DNA of 64,000 nucleotides, from assembly GCA_964646455.1 (NCBI GenBank), contig CAZYDX010000001.1, positions 9,560 to 73,559 on the forward strand, written 5' to 3'. The position numbers and the translations under genes were made by a program. Positions 18,927 through 28,641 of the stretch are shown here, piece by piece. Each line of letters starts with the position of its first letter. Position 1 is the first letter of the stretch. The stretch comes from an uncultured bacterium. GTDB lineage: Bacteria; Fidelibacterota; Marinisomatia; Marinisomatales; UBA1611. The notes under the pieces were generated by a model. It worked only from the letters and a program-made list of their open reading frames with translations. It did no database searches and had not been told where the DNA came from.

Positions 18927-20536
18927 TAATTGGAATAGATCTTGATAACACTATTATCGACTACAGAGAATCTTTCTGGTTAACCTCTGTTTCTACTGGT
19001 ATTATTTCTGATAATGACAAGAAAGATTTTTGTTTAAAAAAGGGTACGTTTCCAAGTAAAAGTCAAATTAAACAATACCTAAAGTCCGAGAAAAATAGTG
19101 ATTTTATGTGGGAATCATTGCAGGGAAAGGTATATGGTCAGTATATACCTCATGCTAAAATTTATCCTGGATTTGCTAATTTTCTTTTACATTGTAAAAA
19201 TAGAGGCGTAAAGGTTTTCATTATTAGTCATAAAACTAAATTTGGACATAATGATAATAGTAAAACACCTTTACGAGAAGCAGCATTAAACTTTTTAAAG
19301 AAAAATAATTTATTTTCAGATGATTATGGAATCAATGAGAATGATGTGTTTTTTTTAAATACTCGAAATGCGAAAGTAAATAAAATTATGGATTTAAAGT
19401 GCACATATTTTATAGATGATTTACCTCAGATTTTTGAAGAAAAGAACTTTCCCCAAAAAACAACTAAAATACTTTTTGATCCTGTATCTGAGAGTCTAAT
19501 GAATGACACCTTTAATAGTTGGTGGACCATTAATAAATATATTTTTGACCAAGTCAAAAATTCTGATATTAGCGCGTATGTTGAAATTTGTATTAAGGAT
19601 AAAGTAAAATTAGTTAGCAATGTAAAAGGAAGGAAAAATAGCAATATATATAAAGTTAATATGAATTCCGGTAAAGAATTTGTAGGTAAGCTCTATCCTG
19701 ATAGAACCTTTGATAATCGCGATAGAATTACTAAAGAAACCTGCGCCTACAACTTTCTTCATTCAAATGAAATAAAAAAGGTACCAAAAACCATATATTC
19801 TAATCAAAATTTAAATTTTGCCCTATTTGAATGGGTTATTGGAAAAGAAATATCAGAAATAACCGAAGATCATATTCAGGGTGTTACTGATTTTGTAATA
19901 GAATTGGCAAATATAAGTAAAAATACAAACCCAGGGACTTTTGATTTAGCTTCAGCTGCTTGCCTTAGCGGTCAAATGATTGAACAACAGATTAATGAAA
20001 GATATACTGTTTTACTAAAATGTGCAGAATTACATTCTGATTTGTCCAATTTTTTGAATAATAACTTTTATGAAGCTATTAAAAAAATATTACCAGTAAG
20101 TAAAAAACACTGGCCAGGAGACTTTAGTAAAAAATTAAATAAATATCATAGAATATTGAGCCCATCTGATTTTGGTTTTCATAATATTTTACTTACAAAG
20201 AATGGTCTAAAGTTTATTGATTTTGAATATTTTGGTTGGGATGATCCTGTGAAACTTGTATGTGATTTTTTGCTTCATCCAGCTATGAATTTAACAGATT
20301 CACAAAGGTCAATATGGTTGGAAAAAATGAATGAGACTTTCTCTAATGATATTAATTTCAAAGCTAGATTATCAGCTTCCTATTATCTTTATGGGCTTTG
20401 TTGGTGTTTAATTATTTTAAATGTTTTCACTACAGAAAATATGAATGATAAAAAGCAAGCTATACAATTGTCAAAATCAAAAAAGTTGTTAAATCATATT
20501 ATTAGATTAAATGAAAAAGGAATTATGTATGCATGA
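18923..20536 (+). CDS. fusion protein: N-terminal HAD-like hydrolase + C-terminal APH/choline-kinase-like phosphotransferase
   Basis: HAD motif I 'IIGIDLDNTIIDY' and motif IV-like 'YFIDDLPQI'. Kinase block 'LSPSDFGFHNILLTKNGLKFIDFEYFGWDDP' (D-x4-N ... DFE). TTG start overlapping the upstream TGA. Confidence 0.6.
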   Translation: MIIGIDLDNTIIDYRESFWLTSVSTGIISDNDKKDFCLKKGTFPSKSQIKQYLKSEKNSDFMWESLQGKVYGQYIPHAKIYPGFANFLLHCKNRGVKVFIISHKTKFGHNDNSKTPLREAALNFLKKNNLFSDDYGINENDVFFLNTRNAKVNKIMDLKCTYFIDDLPQIFEEKNFPQKTTKILFDPVSESLMNDTFNSWWTINKYIFDQVKNSDISAYVEICIKDKVKLVSNVKGRKNSNIYKVNMNSGKEFVGKLYPDRTFDNRDRITKETCAYNFLHSNEIKKVPKTIYSNQNLNFALFEWVIGKEISEITEDHIQGVTDFVIELANISKNTNPGTFDLASAACLSGQMIEQQINERYTVLLKCAELHSDLSNFLNNNFYEAIKKILPVSKKHWPGDFSKKLNKYHRILSPSDFGFHNILLTKNGLKFIDFEYFGWDDPVKLVCDFLLHPAMNLTDSQRSIWLEKMNETFSNDINFKARLSASYYLYGLCWCLIILNVFTTENMNDKKQAIQLSKSKKLLNHIIRLNEKGIMYA

Positions 20537-21362
20537 TAATATGCATAAAGCTGCACTAGAAATTAAATTGGATGAACGTTCTAGATATCTTAGAAAAATG
20601 ACAGTTAAAACACTTGAGAGTGGAAAAAGGGCTCACCTAGGTTCTGCAATGTCCATTCTAGAAATTGTTAGAGTTTTATATGATGGTTATTTAAATATAG
20701 ATCCAAAAAATCTAGCAGATCTTGAAAGAGATCGATTTATTTTAAGTAAAGGCCATGGATGTTTGGCTCAATATGTTATCTTAGCTGACAAAGGTTTTTT
20801 TGATCAAAAAGAACTATTAAAATTTTGTCATGCGGAATCCATTTTAGGAGGGCACCCCGAACAAGGAAAAATTCCTGGCGTTGAAGCATCAACAGGGGCA
20901 CTGGGGCATGGTATGCCAATTGGTGTAGGCATGGCATTAGCAGCTAAATTGCATAATAGAAAAACAAAGGTTGCTGTGATTTTAGGAGATGGCGAAACAA
21001 ATGAAGGATCAATATGGGAAGCAGCCATGTCTGCAGCTAAACATAATCTTTCTAATCTTACTATTTTCATTGATTATAATAAAATTCAATCTTATGATTT
21101 TGTTTCTGAAGTTTTAAATCCAGAGCCGATGGCTGATAAATGGTCAAGTTTTGGTTTTTTTGTTAAGGAAGTGAATGGTCATGACATTAATGAGTTGAAT
21201 AATGAAATTTCAAAATTACCTTATGATAAAACAAAACCAACGGCGTTTATATGTCACACAATAAAAGGGAAAGGGTTCCCGTTCGCTGAAAATGACCCAA
21301 CTTGGCATCATAAATCTAATTTGACCGATTCTGAAATTAAAAATATGTACGATAATTTATAA
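20511..21362 (+). CDS. transketolase, N-terminal (ThDP-binding) subunit
   Basis: 'HLGSAMSILEIVRVLY', 'GALGHGMPIGVGMALA', ThDP motif 'ILGDGETNEGSIWEAAMSAAKHNLSNLTIFIDYN'. ATG 20529 or 20541 are alternative starts. Confidence 0.85.
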   Translation: MKKELCMHDNMHKAALEIKLDERSRYLRKMTVKTLESGKRAHLGSAMSILEIVRVLYDGYLNIDPKNLADLERDRFILSKGHGCLAQYVILADKGFFDQKELLKFCHAESILGGHPEQGKIPGVEASTGALGHGMPIGVGMALAAKLHNRKTKVAVILGDGETNEGSIWEAAMSAAKHNLSNLTIFIDYNKIQSYDFVSEVLNPEPMADKWSSFGFFVKEVNGHDINELNNEISKLPYDKTKPTAFICHTIKGKGFPFAENDPTWHHKSNLTDSEIKNMYDNL

Positions 21363-21367
21363 TAAAT

Positions 21368-22282
21368 ATGCGAAAAACTAGTTTAAATATGGTTTACGAA
21401 TTAGCTAAAAAAGATGATAGGGTTTTGTTTATTGGATCTGATCTTGGTCCTGGGGTTTTAAATGAATTTAAAAAAGATTTTCCGGACCGTTTTTTCATGG
21501 AAGGTATAGCAGAACAGCATATTATTGGTATGGCTGCAGGTCTTGCATTTGATGGTTTTATTCCTTATGTGAATACTATTGCAGTTTTTTTAACTCGTCG
21601 ATGTTTCGAGCAAGTAGCATTAGATCTTTGCCTTCATAATCTTCCAGTAAGATTAATTGGTAATGGAGGAGGGCTCGTATATGCACCCTTAGGCCCCACT
21701 CATCAAGCTATTGAGGACATTGGCATTTTACGTACATTACCTAATATGACAATTGTAGCTCCTTGTGATGCAAATGAGATGGAAAGACTTATGGTTGCAT
21801 CATTAGAGTGGCCACACCCATTATATATTCGTCTAGCAAAAGGTGGAGATCCAATAATTAGTAAATCAGAATTAGGATTTGAGATAGGTAAAGGAATCAA
21901 TTTGAGAAAAGGTAATAATGTTATATTTATTACAACTGGAATAACAGCTCAAAGAGCTAATGATGCTTGCTTAAAATTGAATGATGAACAGATTGATTGC
22001 GGATTATTTCATATGCATACAATTAAACCTTTTGACCATGAAGGTTTAAGGGAAGCCTCTAAATCTGCAGATTTAATTGTTACTTTAGAAGAGCATGTAT
22101 TAAATGGAGGGTTGGGAAGTGCTGTCTTAGAATCATTTTCTGATAACGGTATTATAAAAAAGGTTGTCAGACTAGGTATTCCTGATGTTTTTGCAAAGCA
22201 ATATGGATCACAAGATATTATACTTGAGGGTTTTGGGCTGGACTCAGATAGTATTGTAAAAACAGTCAAAAGATATCTATAA
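21368..22282 (+). CDS. transketolase, C-terminal (pyrimidine-binding) subunit
   Basis: 'FFMEGIAEQHIIGMAAGLAFDGFIPYVNTIAVFLTRRCFEQV', 'GPTHQAIEDIGILRTLPNMTIVAPCD'. Confidence 0.85.
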   Translation: MRKTSLNMVYELAKKDDRVLFIGSDLGPGVLNEFKKDFPDRFFMEGIAEQHIIGMAAGLAFDGFIPYVNTIAVFLTRRCFEQVALDLCLHNLPVRLIGNGGGLVYAPLGPTHQAIEDIGILRTLPNMTIVAPCDANEMERLMVASLEWPHPLYIRLAKGGDPIISKSELGFEIGKGINLRKGNNVIFITTGITAQRANDACLKLNDEQIDCGLFHMHTIKPFDHEGLREASKSADLIVTLEEHVLNGGLGSAVLESFSDNGIIKKVVRLGIPDVFAKQYGSQDIILEGFGLDSDSIVKTVKRYL

Positions 22283-22315
22283 CAAATAAATAAAATAGAA
22301 ATAGGAAAATAAACT

Positions 22316-22981
22316 ATGGGTAAACTTGTAAATTATGTTACACCTTTACATATAGCTACTAGTCGAGCTTATATCGACCGTATGGTAGATGAAAAGGTTG
22401 AATGTATGTTAAAGGCTAAAGAGTATGAAGAAGATTATTGGGACGGAGATCGCCGTTATGGTTATGGCGGATATAAATATATTCCTGGCAGGTGGAAGCC
22501 AGTTGCAGAGGCATTAATAAAGAATTATAATCTTACAAATGAATCTAGTGTTTTGGATATAGGCTGCGGAAAAGGATATCTTTTGTACGAAATGAAATTA
22601 TTACTCCCAGATTTGATAATTGCAGGTTTTGATAGTTCAAATCATGGACTTGCCAATGCAAAAGAAGAAATCAAAGAATTTTTATTTTCTCATAAAGCCC
22701 AAGAAAAGTACCCTTATAAAGAAGACGAATTTGATTTAGTTATATCATTGGGGTGTATACATAATTTGAGGATATTTGAAATTGAGAAAGCATTAAATGA
22801 AATTGAAAGGGTAGGTAAACAAGGATATATAATGATGGAGAGCTATCGCAATGAACAAGAACAATTTAATCTTCAATGTTGGGCGCTTACGTGCGAATCT
22901 TTTTTTGATTATAAGGAATGGCCATGGATATATGACCACTTTGGCTATACTGGCGATTATGAATTTATTTATTTTGAGTAA
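22316..22981 (+). CDS. class I SAM-dependent methyltransferase
   Basis: Motif I 'VLDIGCGKGYLLYE'; 'FDLVISLGCIHNL'. Confidence 0.75.
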   Translation: MGKLVNYVTPLHIATSRAYIDRMVDEKVECMLKAKEYEEDYWDGDRRYGYGGYKYIPGRWKPVAEALIKNYNLTNESSVLDIGCGKGYLLYEMKLLLPDLIIAGFDSSNHGLANAKEEIKEFLFSHKAQEKYPYKEDEFDLVISLGCIHNLRIFEIEKALNEIERVGKQGYIMMESYRNEQEQFNLQCWALTCESFFDYKEWPWIYDHFGYTGDYEFIYFE

Positions 22982-22987
22982 TTAATA

Positions 22988-24019
22988 ATGAAAGCAGCAA
23001 TAATACAAAAAAGTAAAGAACCTTTAGTGGTAGTTGATATTGATTTGCCCGAAAAGTTGGAAGTTGGTCAGGTTTTAGTGAAATTGAGTTATAGTGGGAT
23101 TTGTGGTGCGCAAATAAATGAAATTGATGCAATGAAAGGACCCGATAAATTTCTACCGCATTTACTAGGTCACGAAGGATCTGGTATAGTAAAAGAAATT
23201 GGACCAGGAGTTTCAACCGTAATGCAGGGGGATCATGTCGTGTTGCACTGGCGACCTAGCAAAGGAATTCAATCACCCACGCCTAAATACAATTGGAATG
23301 GTAAACGGGTTAATGCTGGATGGGTGACTACTTTTAATGAGGAAGCGGTAATTTCTGAAAATAGATTAACAGTGATTCCTAAAAATTTTGATATGAGAAT
23401 TGCACCATTGTTTGGATGTGCAGTTACTACAGCCTTTGGTGTTGTAAATAATGATGCAAAAATAAAAGTAGGTCAGTCTGTAGTAATTTTTGGTATTGGA
23501 GGAGTTGGACTCAATATTGCACAAGCTGCATCAATGGTTAGTGCCAATCCTATTGTAGGTGTAGACTTATTAGAAAATAAATTAGAAATGGGTAAAAAAT
23601 TTGGCCTAACTCATACTATTATAGGTGGTATTGAAGATTATATAAATAAAATTAAGAATATTGTTGGAGAAGAAGGTGCTGACATAGTTATTGAAACAAC
23701 AGGTAATTCACGAATTATTGAGCAAGCATATAAGCTGACACATCCTGATGGTAGAACAATATTAGTTGGTGTCCCTAATAAAGGAGATAATGTATCTATC
23801 TATACTTTACCATTACATTTCAACAAAATACTTACTGGATCGCATGGAGGTGACTCTATCCCTGATCTTGAAATACCGCGCTATATAAAATTATTGGAAG
23901 CTGGTAAAATGAGCCTAAATGACCTAATTACACATGAATTTAGTTTGAATGAGGTTAACGAGGCGCTTGATCTTTTTCGATCAGGACAAGCTGGAAGAAT
24001 AATAATAAATATGAGTTAG
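22988..24019 (+). CDS. zinc-dependent medium-chain alcohol/polyol dehydrogenase
   Basis: Zn-ligand region 'GICGAQINE...LGHEGSGIVKEIGPGV'; Rossmann 'VIFGIGGVGLNIAQAA'. Confidence 0.8.
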   Translation: MKAAIIQKSKEPLVVVDIDLPEKLEVGQVLVKLSYSGICGAQINEIDAMKGPDKFLPHLLGHEGSGIVKEIGPGVSTVMQGDHVVLHWRPSKGIQSPTPKYNWNGKRVNAGWVTTFNEEAVISENRLTVIPKNFDMRIAPLFGCAVTTAFGVVNNDAKIKVGQSVVIFGIGGVGLNIAQAASMVSANPIVGVDLLENKLEMGKKFGLTHTIIGGIEDYINKIKNIVGEEGADIVIETTGNSRIIEQAYKLTHPDGRTILVGVPNKGDNVSIYTLPLHFNKILTGSHGGDSIPDLEIPRYIKLLEAGKMSLNDLITHEFSLNEVNEALDLFRSGQAGRIIINMS

Positions 24020-24027
24020 ATGAAGAA

Positions 24028-25368
24028 ATGGGAAATTCAAAATTATTAAAAACATTTTTAAACATGCCTGAATTACCAATAGTAAGAAAAGGTGATGGCA
24101 TTTATCTTTATATGAAAGATGGAAAAAAAATTCTTGATACTACTGGAGGGTTTACGGCACATGCTATTTTGGGTTGGTCACAACCCACTGTAATAGATGC
24201 GATTATTAAACAGGCAAGGAAAATCACCCATATTGATTACAAGACCTTTTCCGATATAAACAGGGAGAAATTGGCTAGTTTACTACTATCTAGAGCTGAA
24301 CATGATCTTGACAGAGTTTATTTTGTTGGTAGTTCCGGAGGAGAAGCCTGTGAGGCGGCCATGAAATTAAGTTATCAGGCCCATTATGACACTGGTAAAA
24401 AGGAAAAGACTTGGTTTATTTCTAGGGAGCAGTCTTATCATGGCTCTTCCACGGACGCATTAGCTGTAGGTCATCGGCCAAACCTTGACTTTTACAAACC
24501 TCTTTTACCAAATAAAAGGGCAAAAATATCCGAACACAATATGTACCGGGATAAAAATGATAATGAAACAATGGATGAATATTCTCACCGAAGTGCGAAA
24601 CAATTAGAAGACAAGATTCTTGAAATTGGTCCGGAAAAAGTATGCGCATTTATTGCAGAAACAATCATGGGGGGTCTTGTTGGTGATGTTCCTCCTGCGC
24701 CAAATTATTGGAAATATGTTAATAGTATTTGTAAAAAATATGATGTGCATTTGATTCTTGATGAAGTTTGGTGTGGTACAGGAACTAGTGGTAAAATTTA
24801 TTGTGTTGATTGGGATAATATTACACCAGATTTTATATTTATTGGTAAAACACTGGGGGCTGGTTTTGCGCCATTAAGTGCTTTGGTTACAAGTAGCAAA
24901 ATTGAAGAGAAAATTAGAAATGGACAAGGTCAGATACAGCATTCAACTACTCACCAAGGGCACTCGCTCTGTGTTGCAGCGGCCTTAGCTGTGCAAAAAA
25001 TTATACACAATGATAGTTTTCTTGAAGAAATAAATACTAAAGGTGAAATATTAAGGAATACATTAGAAAATGAACTAGGAAATCATCCTTTTTATTCAAA
25101 TGTCAGAGGAAGAGGTTTGAGGAATTCTCTTGAATATCAATGTGAGGATCAACATTTATTTGGAAATGCTCTTGCCCAAGAAATGAAAGAAAATTTTGGT
25201 ATATTAATCAGCGGGAAATGGCATAGAGTCTGTTTTTCACCAGCTCTAACAATAACAATGGATGAATTAGATTTTGTTTTAAATTCATTTATTGAGACTT
25301 TTAATAATGTTGCATCGAAATGGGATAAAAAGTATAGATCTAAAATTGATATAAAGCCAATCTTTTAA
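24028..25368 (+). CDS. class-III (omega-type) PLP aminotransferase
   Basis: 'SGGEACEAAMKLS', 'LILDEVWCGTGTSGK', PLP-lysine block 'IGKTLGAGFAPLSA'. Confidence 0.8.
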   Translation: MGNSKLLKTFLNMPELPIVRKGDGIYLYMKDGKKILDTTGGFTAHAILGWSQPTVIDAIIKQARKITHIDYKTFSDINREKLASLLLSRAEHDLDRVYFVGSSGGEACEAAMKLSYQAHYDTGKKEKTWFISREQSYHGSSTDALAVGHRPNLDFYKPLLPNKRAKISEHNMYRDKNDNETMDEYSHRSAKQLEDKILEIGPEKVCAFIAETIMGGLVGDVPPAPNYWKYVNSICKKYDVHLILDEVWCGTGTSGKIYCVDWDNITPDFIFIGKTLGAGFAPLSALVTSSKIEEKIRNGQGQIQHSTTHQGHSLCVAAALAVQKIIHNDSFLEEINTKGEILRNTLENELGNHPFYSNVRGRGLRNSLEYQCEDQHLFGNALAQEMKENFGILISGKWHRVCFSPALTITMDELDFVLNSFIETFNNVASKWDKKYRSKIDIKPIF

Positions 25369-25387
25369 TAAATCAAAAATTGAAGCA

Positions 25388-25879
25388 ATGGATTTAAGTT
25401 ATAAAATAAACCTTAAGGATTCAAAATCCATCATCTTAGATGATTCAGGTAAATCTATTGCATGTTTTACCGTCAATGATATTGTTGCAATAGATAATAG
25501 TGTTATCGATCAATTAATTGGATTATCAGAGGAATTGGGTAAAAAAGACATTCGTATATGCTTACATCAAAATAACGAAAGTAAATTGCACAATATGATA
25601 AATCTTATTTACAAGAAAAAAATAAATGTTCCTCATAAGCATCTAGATAAATCAGAAAGCTATCATATAATTAGGGGGCAAATGATTATAAGTATATATG
25701 ATAATGAGGCTAATATAAAAGATAAATATTTTCTTGACGAAAATGATACTTTCTTATTTAGAGTTGGGAAAGATAATTTTCATACTACTGTTCCTGTTTC
25801 GGACTATGTTATTGTTCATGAAACTCGTTCAGGTCCTTTTAACAAAAATGGTGATAGTATATTTTTCAACAAAAAATAA
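25388..25879 (+). CDS. small cupin-fold protein, WbuC-like
   Basis: 163 aa. 'IRICLHQNNESKLHNMINLI...VPHKHLDKSESYHIIRGQMII' resembles the WbuC-family cupins found in O-antigen loci. This is recalled, not searched. Confidence 0.45.
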   Translation: MDLSYKINLKDSKSIILDDSGKSIACFTVNDIVAIDNSVIDQLIGLSEELGKKDIRICLHQNNESKLHNMINLIYKKKINVPHKHLDKSESYHIIRGQMIISIYDNEANIKDKYFLDENDTFLFRVGKDNFHTTVPVSDYVIVHETRSGPFNKNGDSIFFNKK

Positions 25880-25894
25880 TTTATTTGAATTAAT

Positions 25895-26458
25895 ATGAAT
25901 ATTGGCGAATCTTATTACACTGAACAAGAATTGAATTCATTTGGTTTTTTAAAGATTGGAAAAAATGTTCTTATTAAAAAGAATGCAACTATTATCTATT
26001 CTGAAAATATTTCTATTGGTGATAATGTAAGGATTGATGATTTTTGTTTTATTATAGCTAAAAATAAATTAAAAATTGGTTCTTATTGTCATATTTCATC
26101 ACATTGTGTAATTAGAGCTGATGAAAAAATATCAATTGGGAATTTTGTACAAATTTCGAATAATGTTATAATCTTAACTGTTACTGATGATTTCTCAGGT
26201 GAGTTTCTAGGAGGTCCAATGGTGCCTAATAAATATACTAAAGTATCAGGTGGAAGTATAATTTTAGAGGATCATGTGCTTTTGGGCGCGGGAAGCGTTG
26301 TTTTGCCAAACTGCACTCTATTAGAAGGTGCTGCTGTAGGTGCTAATTCATTAGTAGATAGAGATTTAGATGAATGGATTATTTATTTTGGCAATCCTGT
26401 AAGAGCAGTTAAAAAAAGAAAAAAAGACAGAAAAGAGCTTGGACTAAAATTAATCTAA
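25895..26458 (+). CDS. hexapeptide-repeat (left-handed beta-helix) acyl/acetyltransferase
   Basis: Repeated [LIV]-G-x4 hexapeptides: 'IGDNVRIDDFCFI', 'IGSYCHISSHCVI', 'IGNFVQISNNVII', 'LLGAGSVVLPNCTLLEGAAVGANSLV'. Confidence 0.75.
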   Translation: MNIGESYYTEQELNSFGFLKIGKNVLIKKNATIIYSENISIGDNVRIDDFCFIIAKNKLKIGSYCHISSHCVIRADEKISIGNFVQISNNVIILTVTDDFSGEFLGGPMVPNKYTKVSGGSIILEDHVLLGAGSVVLPNCTLLEGAAVGANSLVDRDLDEWIIYFGNPVRAVKKRKKDRKELGLKLI

Positions 26459-26482
26459 TTTATTATTACTTCTCATTAAGTA

Positions 26483-26899
26483 TTGAATAAAGAATTTATT
26501 AAATCAGTTAATTTCCATCACTATGGATTGGCTCTTAAAAGTTTCAGGAGTGCAGTAAAATTCCATAGTAATTTGGGATACATTATTTCTGAAATTATTT
26601 ATGATGATATCCAAAATGTAGAATTAATCCTTTGTACATCTAACAACTTTCCCACAGTTGAACTTGTAAAACCATATGATGACAAGAGTCCAATAAATAA
26701 TTATTTAAAAAAAAATAATGAAATAATTTATCATATTTGTTATGAAGTAGATGATATTGATAATGATTTAAAGTTATTATTTAAAAATAATCGTTCAATA
26801 TGCGTAAGCAAACCAAAGCCTGCTAAATTATTTAATAATCGATTAGTTTCATTCTATTACATAAATGATATCGGATTAATAGAATTACTCCAAAAATGA
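26483..26899 (+). CDS. VOC/glyoxalase-fold protein (methylmalonyl-CoA epimerase-like)
   Basis: 'FHHYGLALKSF' and 'HICYEVDDI' match the paired metal-ligand blocks of VOC enzymes. TTG start at 26483 verified in the sequence. Confidence 0.6.
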   Translation: MNKEFIKSVNFHHYGLALKSFRSAVKFHSNLGYIISEIIYDDIQNVELILCTSNNFPTVELVKPYDDKSPINNYLKKNNEIIYHICYEVDDIDNDLKLLFKNNRSICVSKPKPAKLFNNRLVSFYYINDIGLIELLQK

Positions 26900-28641
26900 T
26901 TAAAGAAGATATAAAGTACAGTGAAATATTAAGGGAGAATAGTGAATTAGCTAAGGTGCTTCCAGATAAAAGTTATGAGATAAAAATATTATCAAATATT
27001 ATTACTTCTCAAGTAAATGAAATTTTAGAATATACATTGAGATTAGAATCAATACCTGCAATAGTAAAATCTGGTAACTATGATAATATAGTTCAAGATA
27101 GTTCTGTTTATAATAATTCAGATTTATGCATAATATTTTGGGAATTATGTAATATTATTAATGGATTTCAGTATAAAATAGAACTCTTAACTAATAGAGA
27201 GTTGGAAGATCTTAAAATAAAGATGAAGACTGAGATTGATCTTGTAATTCGTAATTTACAAAAGGCCTCTCTTGTTATTTTTAATCAGTTTTCATCATTA
27301 GCATTTTCAACAAATAGTATAATTAGCAATAATTATAAAAGTTTTTCAGATGAATTAAATCAATATTTAAAAGATCGAATAACTGATAATATACGTATAG
27401 TAGAAATAGATAATGTATTAGCAAATATTGGTTTGCAAAAATGTTTGGATGAGAGGAATTATTATTCTTCTAAAGCATTATATACAGTTGAATTTTTCAG
27501 ATCCTATACTGAATATGTTAAGCCTTATATAATGTCTGCCAATGGCAAAGCAAAGAAGATTTTAATTTTTGATTGTGATAATACATTATGGAAGGGTGTG
27601 CTTGGTGAAGATGGTATTGATAATATTGAAATGTCATCTGATACAAATAATGGATGTATATTTTCTGAGATTCAGGATATTGCACTGGCTTTAAATAGAC
27701 AAGGTGTACTAATTGGCTTGTGTAGTAAGAATAATATAGATGATATAGACGAAGTTATTGGTTCTCACCCAAATATGAAAATCAAAGATGAAAACATCTC
27801 TATAAAGAAATGTAACTGGTCAGATAAAGTTTCTAATCTCAGAGAGATTGCTGAAGAATTAAATATTGGTTTAGATAGTATTCTTTTTATAGATGATTCG
27901 TCTTTTGAAATAAACTTTGTAAATGAACAATTGCCAGAAATTACTACTTTGCAAGTTCCTGAAAGAATATATAATTATCCAAGATTATTGCGGGAAAATA
28001 TTAGACATTTTTATAATTTATCATCCACTGATGAAGATAGGAAAAAGAATTCAATTTATAGGCAACAATCAAAAAGGAAGAATGATCAAAAGAGATTTTC
28101 AAATATTGAAGATTATCTAGTTTCCTTAAATATAGAAGTAAAAATGTATGAAAATATAGAAACTATAATTCCGCGAGTATCACAGATGAGTCTTAAAACA
28201 AACCAATTCAACCTTACAACAAATAGATATACTGAAAATGATATTAAAAAATTTAATATGGATAAAAGAATCAGAATTTATGCTTTTTCAGTCACTGACA
28301 AGTTTGGTGATAGTGGAATAACAGGATTATCAATAATAAAACTTATAACTGAAACTAAAACGGCAGAAATTGATACTTTTCTTATGAGCTGTAGAATTAT
28401 TGGTAGGAATATAGAATATGCATTCATTAACAATATTATAACGAGAATAAAAAAAGAAAAGTTTAGTTATGTAAAAGCAAATTATATAAAAACAAATAAA
28501 AATGATCAGGTGAAAAATTTCTATGACTCTTGTTCTTTTAAAAACATTGAATCTAATAAACTAAATAAAAAATATATTTTAGATTTAAGCAAATATGAAC
28601 CAAAACTAATAAACTATATCAGGATTGAAAATGCCAAATAA
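26896..28641 (+). CDS. FkbH-like HAD-superfamily (subfamily IIIC) phosphatase/acyl-loading enzyme with a C-terminal GNAT-like region
   Basis: Diagnostic 'KKILIFDCDNTLWKGVLGEDGIDNIEM', 'LIGLCSKNN', 'ILFIDDSSFE'; C-terminal 'LMSCRIIGRNIEYAFIN'. Confidence 0.7.
   Translation: MIKEDIKYSEILRENSELAKVLPDKSYEIKILSNIITSQVNEILEYTLRLESIPAIVKSGNYDNIVQDSSVYNNSDLCIIFWELCNIINGFQYKIELLTNRELEDLKIKMKTEIDLVIRNLQKASLVIFNQFSSLAFSTNSIISNNYKSFSDELNQYLKDRITDNIRIVEIDNVLANIGLQKCLDERNYYSSKALYTVEFFRSYTEYVKPYIMSANGKAKKILIFDCDNTLWKGVLGEDGIDNIEMSSDTNNGCIFSEIQDIALALNRQGVLIGLCSKNNIDDIDEVIGSHPNMKIKDENISIKKCNWSDKVSNLREIAEELNIGLDSILFIDDSSFEINFVNEQLPEITTLQVPERIYNYPRLLRENIRHFYNLSSTDEDRKKNSIYRQQSKRKNDQKRFSNIEDYLVSLNIEVKMYENIETIIPRVSQMSLKTNQFNLTTNRYTENDIKKFNMDKRIRIYAFSVTDKFGDSGITGLSIIKLITETKTAEIDTFLMSCRIIGRNIEYAFINNIITRIKKEKFSYVKANYIKTNKNDQVKNFYDSCSFKNIESNKLNKKYILDLSKYEPKLINYIRIENAK

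Noticed and set aside
20511-22282. Split transketolase as ordinary pentose-phosphate housekeeping genes
   Set aside because: The genes are translationally packed between a HAD-kinase fusion and methyltransferase/ADH/aminotransferase genes inside a glycan island, with no other central-metabolism genes nearby. A housekeeping role cannot be fully excluded without the rest of the genome.
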